Shown: one piece after another, positions 1-11,660 of the stretch | Numbering within the stretch: the first letter of the stretch is position 1 | Layout: the number at the start of each line of letters is the position of its first letter | Source of the DNA: Nitrospirota bacterium | Lineage (GTDB): Bacteria; Nitrospirota; Thermodesulfovibrionia; Thermodesulfovibrionales; Dissulfurispiraceae | Assembly: GCA_023476565.1 (NCBI GenBank) | Contig: JAMCVZ010000046.1 | Span: 1-32,000, forward strand | Reading direction: 5' to 3' | Length of the DNA stretch: 32,000 nucleotides | Made by a program: the position numbers and the translations under genes | The notes under the pieces: model-generated | What the model saw: only the letters and a program-made list of their open reading frames with translations | Told to the model about the DNA's origin: nothing | The model's database searches: none

Positions 1-150
1 AGGAGAGGGGTAAGGCAAGGATGGAAGTTGATATATACTACTGTGGTGTTTCAGGAATACATGGAATAAGTCTGTCCTTCGGCAGCGAAGCGAAGAAGCT
101 TGCCGTAAGATTGCTTCGGGAATCCTTCCCTCGCAATGACAGTATCAACA

Positions 151-234
151 CCGGGGGACAGTCCCTATTCTACGACTCCGCTGCTGCTTCGTCCGTGGTA
201 AACAGCCTACTGTTGGTAAATAGGGACAGTCCCC
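151..234. repeat. REPIN/MITE-like palindromic element, copy A (~82 nt)
   Basis: The sequence CCGGGGGACAGTCCCTATTCTACGAC...GGTAAATAGGGACAGTCCCC has termini that are imperfect inverted repeats (GGGGACAGTCCCT / AGGGACAGTCCCC). Each terminus is itself a GGGAC-N-GTCCC mini-palindrome flanked by a GTAG/GTAA-like tetranucleotide on the spacer side. The reverse complement matches 11661-11743 with about 4 mismatches and 1 indel. Confidence 0.75.
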
Positions 235-305
235 GAGACCCTGATTAGCAAGGAGAGTTTACTTTAGTTCCTGTTTTATTAATAATAGGAGCCGGACGGA
301 TTCCC

Positions 306-788
306 ATGGATAAAAAGACCCTGGCGGTTATTCAAAAAGTGCACGAGCTTTTTAAGGGAAGACATCTGACCCTTTCGCTGGCCGAATCCTGCACCGGCGG
401 GCTTATCAGCCACTACCTGACCACCCTTCCCGGAGCAAGCGATTTTTTTGAGGCAGGGCTTGTAACGTATTCTGTCGGGATAAAAAAAAGAATTCTCGGC
501 ATATCAGCGGAAACCATTGCACACTATGGCGTCGTAAGCGAGGAGACCGCGCGTGAAATGGCTGAAAAAGTAAGAATGCTTACAGGAACATACTGCGGGC
601 TCTCGACAACCGGTAATCTCGGCCCCGGCACGCTTGAAGGAAAAGAGCGGGGGCTTGTCTATATCGCTGCAAGCAAAGAGGGAAAGACTTCAGCAAAGGA
701 ACTCCGGCTTACGGAGGACAGGGCGCTGAACAAGAAAAAGGCTTCCGTTTCGGCGCTTGCATTCCTCATCGAGGTGCTCGGTAAGTAG
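306..788 (+). CDS. CinA-family protein, stand-alone C-terminal CinA domain; nicotinamide-nucleotide amidohydrolase PncC-like
   Basis: 160-aa ORF with the hallmark 'LSLAESCTGGLIS' motif, then 'GVVSEETAREMA' and 'STTGNLGP'. These are typical of CinA/PncC C-terminal domains. Confidence 0.85.
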   Translation: MDKKTLAVIQKVHELFKGRHLTLSLAESCTGGLISHYLTTLPGASDFFEAGLVTYSVGIKKRILGISAETIAHYGVVSEETAREMAEKVRMLTGTYCGLSTTGNLGPGTLEGKERGLVYIAASKEGKTSAKELRLTEDRALNKKKASVSALAFLIEVLGK

Positions 789-820
789 TAGACCGTCAAA
801 TCTGAAATTGTGGGTTCCTT

Positions 821-843
821 GCTCCGGGGACGGTCCCCGGAGC
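821..843. other. Perfect 23-nt palindrome GCTCCGGGGAC-G-GTCCCCGGAGC; hairpin, possible terminator or protein-binding site
   Basis: It lies 33 nt after the CinA-like stop codon and has 11-nt arms. It shares the GGGGAC-N-GTCCCC core with the REPIN-like elements. No U-tract follows (tcttacc), so a classical intrinsic terminator is uncertain. Confidence 0.4.
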
Positions 844-927
844 TCTTACCGCCTCCTGACAATCCCATCCCGCGAAATACCTTGACACTTACCTCCGCCT
901 TAAGGCTATACTACGGCCTAAATTTAT

Positions 928-1557
928 ATGCAGTCGCCATTTATGAGATTAGAGCCCATTATTTCATGTATTTTTTTCCTGCTCCTGCCGCTGACTAATT
1001 CATGCGCGGGTGTTGCCATGACCATCCAGAACGCCCCTGCATATATCGAAGGGACCGCTGCCGGCGATATCGACATCTATCTATTCAACGGACATTCCAT
1101 AACAAGCGTCAAAATATCGGCCGGCAAATTCAGGACAAGCCATACGGCAACAAAAGGGCTTTACGAAGTGGTCTTCTTCACGAAGAGGAACTTTTATCCT
1201 AAAGCCGTTACACTTAAAGCCCCTGAGAGGCCGCAGGATATAAAAATAGGTCCCCTGAAAAAGATGAAAAACAGGAGAAGGGGCATCCTGACAGGCGTTG
1301 TCTATAAGCCCGTATCAGGCGGGAAGGTCAGCGAGCATACGGGCATCTCAACTGTATACAAAGGAGAAAAGGTACATATTGCCGGGAATGGCGTCTCTTG
1401 CTCCGCGATTACGGATGAATCCGGTGTGTTTACTATAGAACTCCCTGAAGGGGAATATGATATTATCCTCGGCGCCGGAAAGGCGGGCAAGGCAACTATT
1501 GAAAAGGGCAAAACTACTATAGAGAATGTGCAAAAAGGGATGGTGCTGGTTGATTAG
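928..1557 (+). CDS. Secreted hypothetical protein with a carboxypeptidase-regulatory-like (CarboxypepD_reg) beta-sandwich segment
   Basis: The N-terminus looks like a signal peptide ([23 protein letters not shown]; alternative start at 943). The C-terminal part '[12 protein letters not shown]...[21 protein letters not shown]' resembles CarboxypepD_reg domains. Its end overlaps the next ORF by 32 nt. Confidence 0.6.
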   Translation: MQSPFMRLEPIISCIFFLLLPLTNSCAGVAMTIQNAPAYIEGTAAGDIDIYLFNGHSITSVKISAGKFRTSHTATKGLYEVVFFTKRNFYPKAVTLKAPERPQDIKIGPLKKMKNRRRGILTGVVYKPVSGGKVSEHTGISTVYKGEKVHIAGNGVSCSAITDESGVFTIELPEGEYDIILGAGKAGKATIEKGKTTIENVQKGMVLVD

Positions 1558-3478
1558 AAAGATAACATTAGTTCTCTTAATTGTTATACTGCTCCCCGCA
1601 TTTCCATTCAAAAACGCATATGCAGAAGCAAACAGCATCAAATTACTGCAGAGGGCATACGAGAGCGGCGAAATCGATTACCAGACGGCTTTGAACCAGA
1701 AGCTTTATTCAATATTCAATAAAAAGAAACTCCTTAAAGAATACTCTTCCGATGCCCCCATACATTCAGCAACAATGGTAGTCCTGGAGGCGAGGCAGAA
1801 CAGCCGTCTCCTTTATGACGACAATAAATTCATCCTTTTCAGACCGACCGCCGCCGAGGATTTTCCGGGCCACACCTACGGAGCAGTAGATGTCTGGACA
1901 TATGACAGCCCGGGGGGGCATTTCAAGATTTATTATACGGAGAACAATTCAAAGGGTGACGCAGTGTACGGATATGACGGAGTCCAGGCGACTGTTCCTC
2001 AATACGTGATCAATCTCGCCTCATACCTTGATAACGTCTGGATACAGGAGATAACGAATATGGGATATGCCGCTCCGCAGGGAGATGGCGCATTAGGCGG
2101 CGGTAACAATATCATGGATGTCTATCTGATAAACATCGGCGGCGGTATTTACGGGTATACGAACATCGATACAGGTCCCTATCTGGTCATTGATAACGAT
2201 TTCACCGGTTTTCCGACGAACCTCGATTCCGACCCGAGGATGGGCGCCCTGAAACAGACTGCCGCCCATGAGTTTTTCCATGCATCTCAATTCCAATACA
2301 CGACGGATACCAACTCGAATGCTTGGTGGATGGAGGCGTCGGCGACATGGATGGAAGATGAGGTCTACCCTGAAGTCAAGGACTATCTCAACTACCTGGG
2401 CCGGAAGTATAACGATGCGAACGATGATGGCAGTTGGGAGACTGGAGAAACATACTATGCGATAGACGGAGTGACCCCTGTGGGCACGACCGGAAGATCT
2501 TACACAGGATGGTTCGATAATCCTGACTTCTCGCTTGATTCGACTTCAGGCGCCTATGAATATGGCACTGTCATATGGGTCAAATATTTATCGAAGACTT
2601 ACGGAAGAGATGTCGTCAAATCCATCTGGACGAGGATAGGCAACGGTGCAACCGCAATCCAGGCGATATCGGGTGAGCTTGCGGCGAGGGGGACCACTCT
2701 GGGTGCGGCCTTTGCATCTTTCGAAACCGCAAATTACGAAAGGGATTATCCCGACGGCGGCTATTATCCGCTCATCAGGCAGACTACGACTTATGCGTCA
2801 TACCCTCAGACAATAAGCGGCGCCCTGAGCCACCTGTCTACGAGATTCTATTCTTTCAAGCCCGGCGGCTCTGCCATTGCCCTCACTTTTTCAAACATGA
2901 ATACGGGCAGTCTCGCAGTGAGGCTTATCCTGGTTAAGGCAGGCGGCGGCTATGATGTTCAGGATGTTACGCTTGACAGCCCTTCCGCTGTACGGCAAAT
3001 AGACGGGTTCGGAACGGTTTACTCAAAAGTTGTAGCTGCAGTCATGAACACGTCGTCCACGCAAGACGGGGCGGTATATTCAATTACAGCATCGGGGCCT
3101 TCCTCAGGCGGCGGTGGCGGCGGCGGTGGTGGGGGGGGATGCTTTATCGCTACTGCGGCATACGGGAGCTATCTTGCGCCGGAGGTCCGCGTCTTGAGGG
3201 AATTCAGGGATAAATACCTTCTCACTAACGCGCCCGGCAGGGCGCTGGTCGAGTTCTACTATGAAGTATCTCCTCCGGTAGCGGATTATATAAGAGCGCA
3301 TGAGCCCTTAAGGATGATTGCGAGAGCGGCGCTTACGCCTGTTGTTTATACGGTCGAATATCCGTTCATCGCCGGATTTGTGATAATCCTCGGTGCGGTC
3401 CCGTTGCTCAGGAAAAGATATAACAGGAACAATCCGGACAAGCGGCAAGCTGTTAAAAAATCCCCACGGCAGAATTAA
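1526..3478 (+). CDS. Secreted HExxH zinc-metalloprotease-like protein with an 11-Gly linker and a C-terminal '[10 protein letters not shown]' (CFI-box-type) anchor/sorting domain
   Basis: Signal peptide [27 protein letters not shown] (a TTG start near 1550 is possible). Zinc-binding motif '[12 protein letters not shown]'. The C-terminus reads [40 protein letters not shown]...SPPVADYI, followed by the hydrophobic segment [17 protein letters not shown] and a basic tail RKRYNRNN. Confidence 0.8.
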   Translation: MCKKGWCWLIRKITLVLLIVILLPAFPFKNAYAEANSIKLLQRAYESGEIDYQTALNQKLYSIFNKKKLLKEYSSDAPIHSATMVVLEARQNSRLLYDDNKFILFRPTAAEDFPGHTYGAVDVWTYDSPGGHFKIYYTENNSKGDAVYGYDGVQATVPQYVINLASYLDNVWIQEITNMGYAAPQGDGALGGGNNIMDVYLINIGGGIYGYTNIDTGPYLVIDNDFTGFPTNLDSDPRMGALKQTAAHEFFHASQFQYTTDTNSNAWWMEASATWMEDEVYPEVKDYLNYLGRKYNDANDDGSWETGETYYAIDGVTPVGTTGRSYTGWFDNPDFSLDSTSGAYEYGTVIWVKYLSKTYGRDVVKSIWTRIGNGATAIQAISGELAARGTTLGAAFASFETANYERDYPDGGYYPLIRQTTTYASYPQTISGALSHLSTRFYSFKPGGSAIALTFSNMNTGSLAVRLILVKAGGGYDVQDVTLDSPSAVRQIDGFGTVYSKVVAAVMNTSSTQDGAVYSITASGPSSGGGGGGGGGGGCFIATAAYGSYLAPEVRVLREFRDKYLLTNAPGRALVEFYYEVSPPVADYIRAHEPLRMIARAALTPVVYTVEYPFIAGFVIILGAVPLLRKRYNRNNPDKRQAVKKSPRQN

Positions 3479-3572
3479 ATCTGCTCAGTATTATATTCTA
3501 AAAAACAATAGTAATTAATGATATGTCCTGTTAAACTTATTCATGGAAATCTCTTGCGCCCGTACGATATGA

Positions 3573-5645
<2,073 letters not shown>

Positions 5646-5820
5646 ATAGTGAGACCGCCTTTCCTGATCCGTCGGGACCCACGGCGCATAGGACTCTCGT
5701 GGAGCACCTCTTAATCTAACGCTTCCGCCGGTACTTTGGACGGCCGTAATAATCATAAAGCATCAACCGGATAGTGATAATGTGCTTGACAATGGGCGGG
5801 GTAAGGTTTAAAAGATAAGT

Positions 5821-5979
5821 ATGTGGAAGATCTTTCCTTCAACCCTTATTGTTCTCATGCTGGTTTCATGTGCTCCGGCTCTGAAACAGGAATACCTGGA
5901 AAGGGGTGATACGAACGTATCTTTTCAAGCCTTCCTGGGATCGCCGGACTCTTTCATTTTTACATTTTCAGGGCTGTAA
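5821..5979 (+). CDS. Small putative lipoprotein (52 aa), possibly a truncated Slp-like remnant
   Basis: Hand-translated because it falls below the ORF-track cutoff: MWKIFPSTLIVLMLVSCAPALKQEYLERGDTNVSFQAFLGSPDSFIFTFSGL*. It has a lipobox-like LVSC. A TTGACA-17-TAAAAG promoter-like pair sits at 5786-5814. The short length and weak RBS keep confidence low. Confidence 0.3.
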   Translation: MWKIFPSTLIVLMLVSCAPALKQEYLERGDTNVSFQAFLGSPDSFIFTFSGL

Positions 5980-6034
5980 ATATCACCGGTCAATACGAAA
6001 GCAGCCTATCCCATGGGTGAAGAGGGATTTGGGA

Positions 6035-7849
6035 ATGTATGTCTCTATACAGGGGTTGTCTTATGGAGCATTCTTCATTTCACTATTCGCTGCGCTTCCG
6101 TGCCGGCGCGCTGTTTTATATGTCCTGATTTCCGGGTTGATACTTCTGCCGGGGGCGGTAAAGGTCGCCTGTGCGGCGCCTGTCGTTGAAGTCTCAGTAA
6201 GTGGGGTTGAAGGGGCGGTGCGGGAAAACGTGCTTGCATCACTGGGCATAGAGCGGCAGAAAAACAGCCCGAATCTTACAGAAAGGCTTATCCGCTCTCT
6301 TCATGAAAAAGCGCCGGATGAGATCAGCTCGGCGTTGCAGCCATTCGGTTACTACAAACCTTCCATAAAATCCGGGCTTATTCAACAGGACGGCACATGG
6401 CTGGCCGGATACGTAATCAAACCCGGAGAGCCGGTGAGAGTGGATGCGGTCCACCTGATCATCTCCGGTGCAGGTTCAGAAGAAGCACGGTTAAAAAAAA
6501 TACAGGGTAATTTCCCTTTGAAGAAGGGTGATGCCCTGGAGCATGAGCGCTATGAAAAGGCAAAACGTGACCTGCTTGAGGCAGCCACAGAACAGGGGTA
6601 TCTCGATGCGCATTTCATTGCACATAAGGTGACGGTTCACCTCGAACAATACTTTGCGACAATATATCTGCATCTCGATACAGGACCGCTTTACCGTTTT
6701 GGCGACGTCACCTTCAAGCAGGATGTCTTGAAAACGGAGCTCCTGGGGCGTTTCGTTCCTTTTAAAAAAGGCGATCCTTACCGGGTATCAAAACTGATGG
6801 ACCTGCAAAACGTCCTTTACGGTAGCGATTACTTCAGCCAGGTGGAGGTCCGGCCCAGGCGTGATATGGCTGAGGGATTGGATATCCCCGTAGAGGTGGA
6901 CCTTGTGTCTAAAAAACGCCAGAAGTATACAATCGGGTTAGGCTACGGAACAGATACCGGAATTCGCACTGTCCTCGGATGGGAAAACCGTCGTGTCAAC
7001 CGCAGCGGACACCGTTTCAGCACTGATCTGAGACTTTCACAGATCCAGAAAAATTTCAGTTCACGGTACATCATTCCGATGAGGAATCCGGCCACGGACC
7101 ACCTTGACTTTACCGCCGGATTGTTTCACGAGGATACAAATATATATAAAAGCGAAACGCGTCTGGTGGGCGCCGGTTACATTCATATGCGCGGGACCTG
7201 GCAGGAGACGTTTTATATTAATGTGCAGAAAGAAAAATACGATGTCGGCGGCGAAACAGATGACGCCCGGCTGATCCTGCCGGGCGTAAGCTGGACACGC
7301 ATAAAAGCCAACGACCGCATATTCACCACTCACGGGAGCAGGATAGCGCTGGACCTTAAAGGCGCCCATACTGCTGTGGGCTCCAGCGCATCGTTCATTC
7401 AGGCGCGGCTGAACGGCAAATTTATCCGCAGACCGTGGGACACCGGCAGAATTATACTGCGCGGAGACTTCGGTTTCACCGATGTCGTGAAATTATCGGG
7501 ACTGCCGGCCTCACAGCGCTTCTTTGCCGGAGGCGATCAGAGTGTGCGCGGATACGGCTACAAGACACTCGGTCCTGTCAATAAGCAAGGGGACGTCACC
7601 GGCGGCAAGCATCTGATCGTGGGCAGCGTCGAGTATGAGCAAAGAATATACGGAAAATGGGGGGCCGCGGTCTTTTATGACGCAGGCAATGCCCTCAACA
7701 AGCTCTCGGATCCCTTGAAACAGGGCGCCGGGATAGGTGTCAGGTGGAGATCGCCTGTCGGTCCCGTGCGGGTGGATTTTGCCTGGGCGCTGAGCGAGAA
7801 GACAGGAAGACGGTGGCGCATTCACCTGAACATGGGTCCTGATTTATGA
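6035..7849 (+). CDS. tamA: TamA, the Omp85/BamA-family outer-membrane subunit of the translocation and assembly module
   Basis: Signal peptide, POTRA-like N-terminal repeats, and a C-terminal surface-antigen (D15) barrel ('RFFAGGDQSVRGYGY', 'GIGVRWRSPVGPVRVDFAW'). The ATG at 6035 has a GAGGGA RBS. The track ORF extends back to GTG 5906, but that extension is probably not translated. The stop overlaps the tamB start (ATGA). Confidence 0.88.
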   Translation: MYVSIQGLSYGAFFISLFAALPCRRAVLYVLISGLILLPGAVKVACAAPVVEVSVSGVEGAVRENVLASLGIERQKNSPNLTERLIRSLHEKAPDEISSALQPFGYYKPSIKSGLIQQDGTWLAGYVIKPGEPVRVDAVHLIISGAGSEEARLKKIQGNFPLKKGDALEHERYEKAKRDLLEAATEQGYLDAHFIAHKVTVHLEQYFATIYLHLDTGPLYRFGDVTFKQDVLKTELLGRFVPFKKGDPYRVSKLMDLQNVLYGSDYFSQVEVRPRRDMAEGLDIPVEVDLVSKKRQKYTIGLGYGTDTGIRTVLGWENRRVNRSGHRFSTDLRLSQIQKNFSSRYIIPMRNPATDHLDFTAGLFHEDTNIYKSETRLVGAGYIHMRGTWQETFYINVQKEKYDVGGETDDARLILPGVSWTRIKANDRIFTTHGSRIALDLKGAHTAVGSSASFIQARLNGKFIRRPWDTGRIILRGDFGFTDVVKLSGLPASQRFFAGGDQSVRGYGYKTLGPVNKQGDVTGGKHLIVGSVEYEQRIYGKWGAAVFYDAGNALNKLSDPLKQGAGIGVRWRSPVGPVRVDFAWALSEKTGRRWRIHLNMGPDL

Positions 7850-10800
7850 AAAGGCTGCTGTTATGGATATTTGTTGTCTTACTGGTTGTGCTGGCCGCCG
7901 GCGCCGGCATTGTCGGGTATGCGGTTTCAACGGAAGAGGGCCTCAAATGGCTGCTTTCCGTTGCAGTTGAATACATGCCCGGCAGGGTTGATATTAAAAC
8001 CGTCCACGGGCGCCTGATCGGTCCTATTTCAGTGAGCGGTGTTCGCTACAGCACCGAAGACTTCACAATAGCTCTGGATAAACTTTATCTGGACTGGATG
8101 CCCTATTTTCTGTCCTCGGGAGAGATCTACATAACAAAGCTTGATGTGCGGGGGGTAAGCATAGAAAGCACGGCAAAGAAGAAAGCGCCTCCACGAAAGA
8201 GGCTGCCCGAAATCAGACTGCCTGTAAACATCGCGGTAAAGAATGCCTTTATCAAGGATATAAGGATCGTCCGGGCAGACACAGCGCCTCCCTTAGTTGT
8301 GGAAGAGCTGTCATTCGGAATCAGTACAGGATGGAACACCATATACATAAGCTCGCTGGACTTAAAAGCGCCTCTGTTTACCGTAACCCTTAAAGGGAAG
8401 GTGAGACCGCGCGGTGATTATCCCCTCAGCCTTCAGACGGAATGGCTGGCCAGGCCCGAAGGATACCCCGATATAAAAGGCGGCGGCGCATTTGAGGGGA
8501 CAATCAAGAAGCTTAAAATAAAACAAAAGCTGAGCGCGCCCTTCCGCGCTGAACTTGATGCCGATATCGCGGATGCGCTTGGGGAAATGAAATGGCAGGC
8601 CCATCTCGCTATCAGCGGATTCAATGCGCATGCAATTAAACCCGGATGGCCCGCAATGGAGCTGGACGGCGCAATTCGGGGAAGCGGCAGCCTGGCAACC
8701 TTTCAGACAGCGGGGGCATTCACCGTGTCCGGAACGGATTACAGCGCCGGGCCCGGCAAGATAGCAGGCTCTTTTCTCCTCAACCGTTTGAAGGAAAAAT
8801 GGAGACTGGAAAGGCTTGTCCTGTCAACGGCAGGGAGTAATGCTCGACTCGCGCTGAGCGGCGAGTATTCAGTGTCCGGCAACAAAAAGTTTGCTGCACT
8901 CAACGGACATTGGAAGGATATTACCTGGCCGCTTCAGGGTGGTAAGCCCCTGGCGGGCAGCCCGGGGGGAAAGTTCAGTATAGGGGGATTTACTGATGAC
9001 TACAAGCTGGACATGGATATTGAAGTGAGGGTGGCGCAGGTGCCTGCAACCCTCCTGACCCTATCGGGGCGGGGAAATCTGAGTTCTCTGGATATCGGGA
9101 TGTTGCGCGCAAAACTCCTCAAGGGCGAATTAAACGGAAGCGGAAGCGTGGCATGGAAACCGTCACTTGCATGGCAGGTATCCTTAAGAGGTGCGGGCCT
9201 GGACCCCGGCGCAGCATGGCCTGAATGGCCCGGAAGGCTGGCAATAGAGGCTGGGTCTTCAGGAACGTTTAAAAAGGGAAGGCTGCAAGGCATAATGGAT
9301 ATCCGCAGTATAAAGGGAAAGCTGCGCGGCTATCCTCTTCGTGCCGCAACACGGTTGAGGGTTGATGGAACTGCATATGCACTATCAGGGCTGGAGATCA
9401 GCTCGGGCAGTGCGCAGCTCTCCGCTTCGGGCAGATTGGCGGATACGTTGGATTTCAAGTGGAAGATCAGCGCCCCGCAGCTCGGGACACTGGTCCCAAA
9501 AAGCAGAGGAGCAGTCTTCAGCCACGGTACACTGACCGGGCCCAGGGAGACTCCATGCATCCGTGCGTCCGTGGAAGGCAAAGGCATCACCTATAAAAGG
9601 TACAGGGTTGATAATTTGAAAACCGGGGTGAGGCTGGATATGCAGGACAGACTGGATTCCCGCCTTGATATCAAGGCAGCCGGCGTGTATATAAACAGGC
9701 GGTATATTGAAGCCCTTGCTGTGCAGGGCGCGGGTAAGATATCCGCCCATCAGCTCAACCTTTTGATTAAAGCGAAAGGGGAGGCGGCAAGCGCACTGCT
9801 TCAGGGGGGGTATGAGAACAAGATATGGAATGGAATGCTCAGGAAATCCGGTCTGGCCTCCGGGGAATTGGGAGAGTGGTCGCTGGAGCAGCCCGGACCC
9901 CTCATGATAAATTTCCGGAATAAAAATATCGAAGCAGGGCGGTGGTGCTGGAACAACGCGTCCTCACGGTTATGTCTTCAGGCCGACTGGAAGGGGGAAG
10001 CCGGTTCACGGGGAAATATCTCGGTTGAAAGGATACCTTTTGCACTTTTGCAGCCGCTGCTGTCTCCCGGTATGAAAATCAACGGTATTTTCGACGGCGC
10101 TGCCGATTTAAAGTACGCTGAAGGGACGCTCGCCGGGCAGGTCAGATTCAGGACATCTTCCGGGTCGGTTTCCTTTCCGCTTACCGACAGGGAACGCTCG
10201 ACGGTGTCGTTCAAGGAGAGTTTACTCGAAGCGACCCTGACGAAGAGCGGATTTGATGCACGGTTGAATGTGCCGATGGAAAAGAGCGGTATCATCAAAG
10301 GGGCCCTTACGCTCCCGGATTTCTCGCCTTTCAATGTCGATAAAAACAAACAGCCGGTCAGGGGGAGTTTATATGCGGAAACAAGCGGGCTCGGTATTGT
10401 TTCCGTACTTTATGCGGGGGTTGAGAATACCAGCGGTTTATTCAGGGCGGATGTCTTATTCAGCGGCACGCTTGCAAAGCCGTCTTTTTCGGGGAAGGCC
10501 GCTGTCGAGCAGGGGGCTGCGAATGTCCCGCGTCTGGGCATCGGTTTGAGGGATGTCAGACTGGAGTTGTCCGGCACGAACAAGGGGTCTGCGGCAATCA
10601 GCGGGCAGGCGAGGTCAGGCCCCGGGATCATAACGATGGAGGGGAAGGCAACCCTTGACCCCCAGGAGAAATGGGATGTCAATATTCATCTTAAAGGGCG
10701 AAATTTCGAGGCAGCCAAAATACCTGAGGCGCAGGTAATCGCTTCTCCGGATCTTGATTTATCGGTGAAAGGATACAGGATCGATATTACGGGCGAAGTC

Positions 10801-11640
10801 ACGATACCGCAGGCTGCCGTAAAGCCGCCTGAAAAATCTAAGGTAGTGCCTGTTTCGCAGGACGTGGTAGTTGTCAATGGATTGAGACAGGTGAAAAAAG
10901 AAGAGAAATGGAAGGTATACAGCCGGGTCAGGATCGTGCCTGGAGAAAAGGTTACCTTCAACGGCTATGGTCTCAGCGGACTTGTCAGGGGTGGAATCAC
11001 TGCAGTTGAGGAGCCTCAGCAATTGACCACTGCAACCGGAGAGCTGCAAATTGTGAACGGGCAGTACAAGGCCTACGGTCAGACTTTGAACATTGATCGT
11101 GGCCGGCTGGTCTTTGCAGGGGGGCCGATCAGCGATCCTGCCCTGGATATGAGAGTTGTTCGTAAAGTCAGTGAAGCCGCTGCTGGAAAAGGCAATGAGG
11201 TCGTTGTGGGAATTAATGTGCAGGGCAGTCTGAAGCGCCCCCGGACAACCCTTTTTTCGAGCCCTGCCATGGATCAGACCGATATTCTCTCCTACCTTAT
11301 TCTGGGGAGGCCGATGCAGAGCGCCTCAGGAGAAGAAGGGCGGGTGCTGTATAATGCGGCGCGGTCCCTGTCACTCACCGGAGGAGAGTTCCTCGCCAAA
11401 AGGATCGGCAGCGTGTTCGGTATTCGGGAAGTGCGTATTGAGCAGGGGACAAAATTCGAGGAGGCATCGCTGGTGCTGGGCGCCTATCTCTCTCCACGGC
11501 TTTATGTCGGCTACGGCATAGGATTGTTCGAGCCGATCAGCAGGCTGCGCATACGCTATGATATCAGCAAAAAGCTGCAGGTGCAGGTGGAATCAGGGAC
11601 TCAGAGCGGGATCGATCTGTTTTACAAGATAGAGCGCTGA
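7846..11640 (+). CDS. tamB: TamB, translocation and assembly module subunit with a C-terminal DUF490 domain
   Basis: 1264 aa, with an N-terminal membrane anchor (LLLWIFVVLLVVLAAGAGIVGY) and a long beta-rich body. The C-terminal region 'ILSYLILGRP...LYVGYGIGLFEP...RIRYDISKKLQVQVESG' is typical of TamB/DUF490. It is translationally coupled to tamA. Confidence 0.9.
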   Translation: MKRLLLWIFVVLLVVLAAGAGIVGYAVSTEEGLKWLLSVAVEYMPGRVDIKTVHGRLIGPISVSGVRYSTEDFTIALDKLYLDWMPYFLSSGEIYITKLDVRGVSIESTAKKKAPPRKRLPEIRLPVNIAVKNAFIKDIRIVRADTAPPLVVEELSFGISTGWNTIYISSLDLKAPLFTVTLKGKVRPRGDYPLSLQTEWLARPEGYPDIKGGGAFEGTIKKLKIKQKLSAPFRAELDADIADALGEMKWQAHLAISGFNAHAIKPGWPAMELDGAIRGSGSLATFQTAGAFTVSGTDYSAGPGKIAGSFLLNRLKEKWRLERLVLSTAGSNARLALSGEYSVSGNKKFAALNGHWKDITWPLQGGKPLAGSPGGKFSIGGFTDDYKLDMDIEVRVAQVPATLLTLSGRGNLSSLDIGMLRAKLLKGELNGSGSVAWKPSLAWQVSLRGAGLDPGAAWPEWPGRLAIEAGSSGTFKKGRLQGIMDIRSIKGKLRGYPLRAATRLRVDGTAYALSGLEISSGSAQLSASGRLADTLDFKWKISAPQLGTLVPKSRGAVFSHGTLTGPRETPCIRASVEGKGITYKRYRVDNLKTGVRLDMQDRLDSRLDIKAAGVYINRRYIEALAVQGAGKISAHQLNLLIKAKGEAASALLQGGYENKIWNGMLRKSGLASGELGEWSLEQPGPLMINFRNKNIEAGRWCWNNASSRLCLQADWKGEAGSRGNISVERIPFALLQPLLSPGMKINGIFDGAADLKYAEGTLAGQVRFRTSSGSVSFPLTDRERSTVSFKESLLEATLTKSGFDARLNVPMEKSGIIKGALTLPDFSPFNVDKNKQPVRGSLYAETSGLGIVSVLYAGVENTSGLFRADVLFSGTLAKPSFSGKAAVEQGAANVPRLGIGLRDVRLELSGTNKGSAAISGQARSGPGIITMEGKATLDPQEKWDVNIHLKGRNFEAAKIPEAQVIASPDLDLSVKGYRIDITGEVTIPQAAVKPPEKSKVVPVSQDVVVVNGLRQVKKEEKWKVYSRVRIVPGEKVTFNGYGLSGLVRGGITAVEEPQQLTTATGELQIVNGQYKAYGQTLNIDRGRLVFAGGPISDPALDMRVVRKVSEAAAGKGNEVVVGINVQGSLKRPRTTLFSSPAMDQTDILSYLILGRPMQSASGEEGRVLYNAARSLSLTGGEFLAKRIGSVFGIREVRIEQGTKFEEASLVLGAYLSPRLYVGYGIGLFEPISRLRIRYDISKKLQVQVESGTQSGIDLFYKIER

Positions 11641-11660
11641 GGGGGAGACAAGGTAAGTAA

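Noticed and set aside
21-248. 75-aa ORF at the window start
   Set aside because: It runs straight through the REPIN-like repeat, has no convincing protein-like motifs, and most of its length is palindromic or repeat DNA. It is most likely non-coding.
5906-6034. N-terminal extension of tamA from GTG 5906 (track ORF)
   Set aside because: The extension has no signal-peptide character and overlaps the small lipoprotein ORF. The ATG at 6035 has a GAGGGA RBS and is followed directly by a signal peptide.
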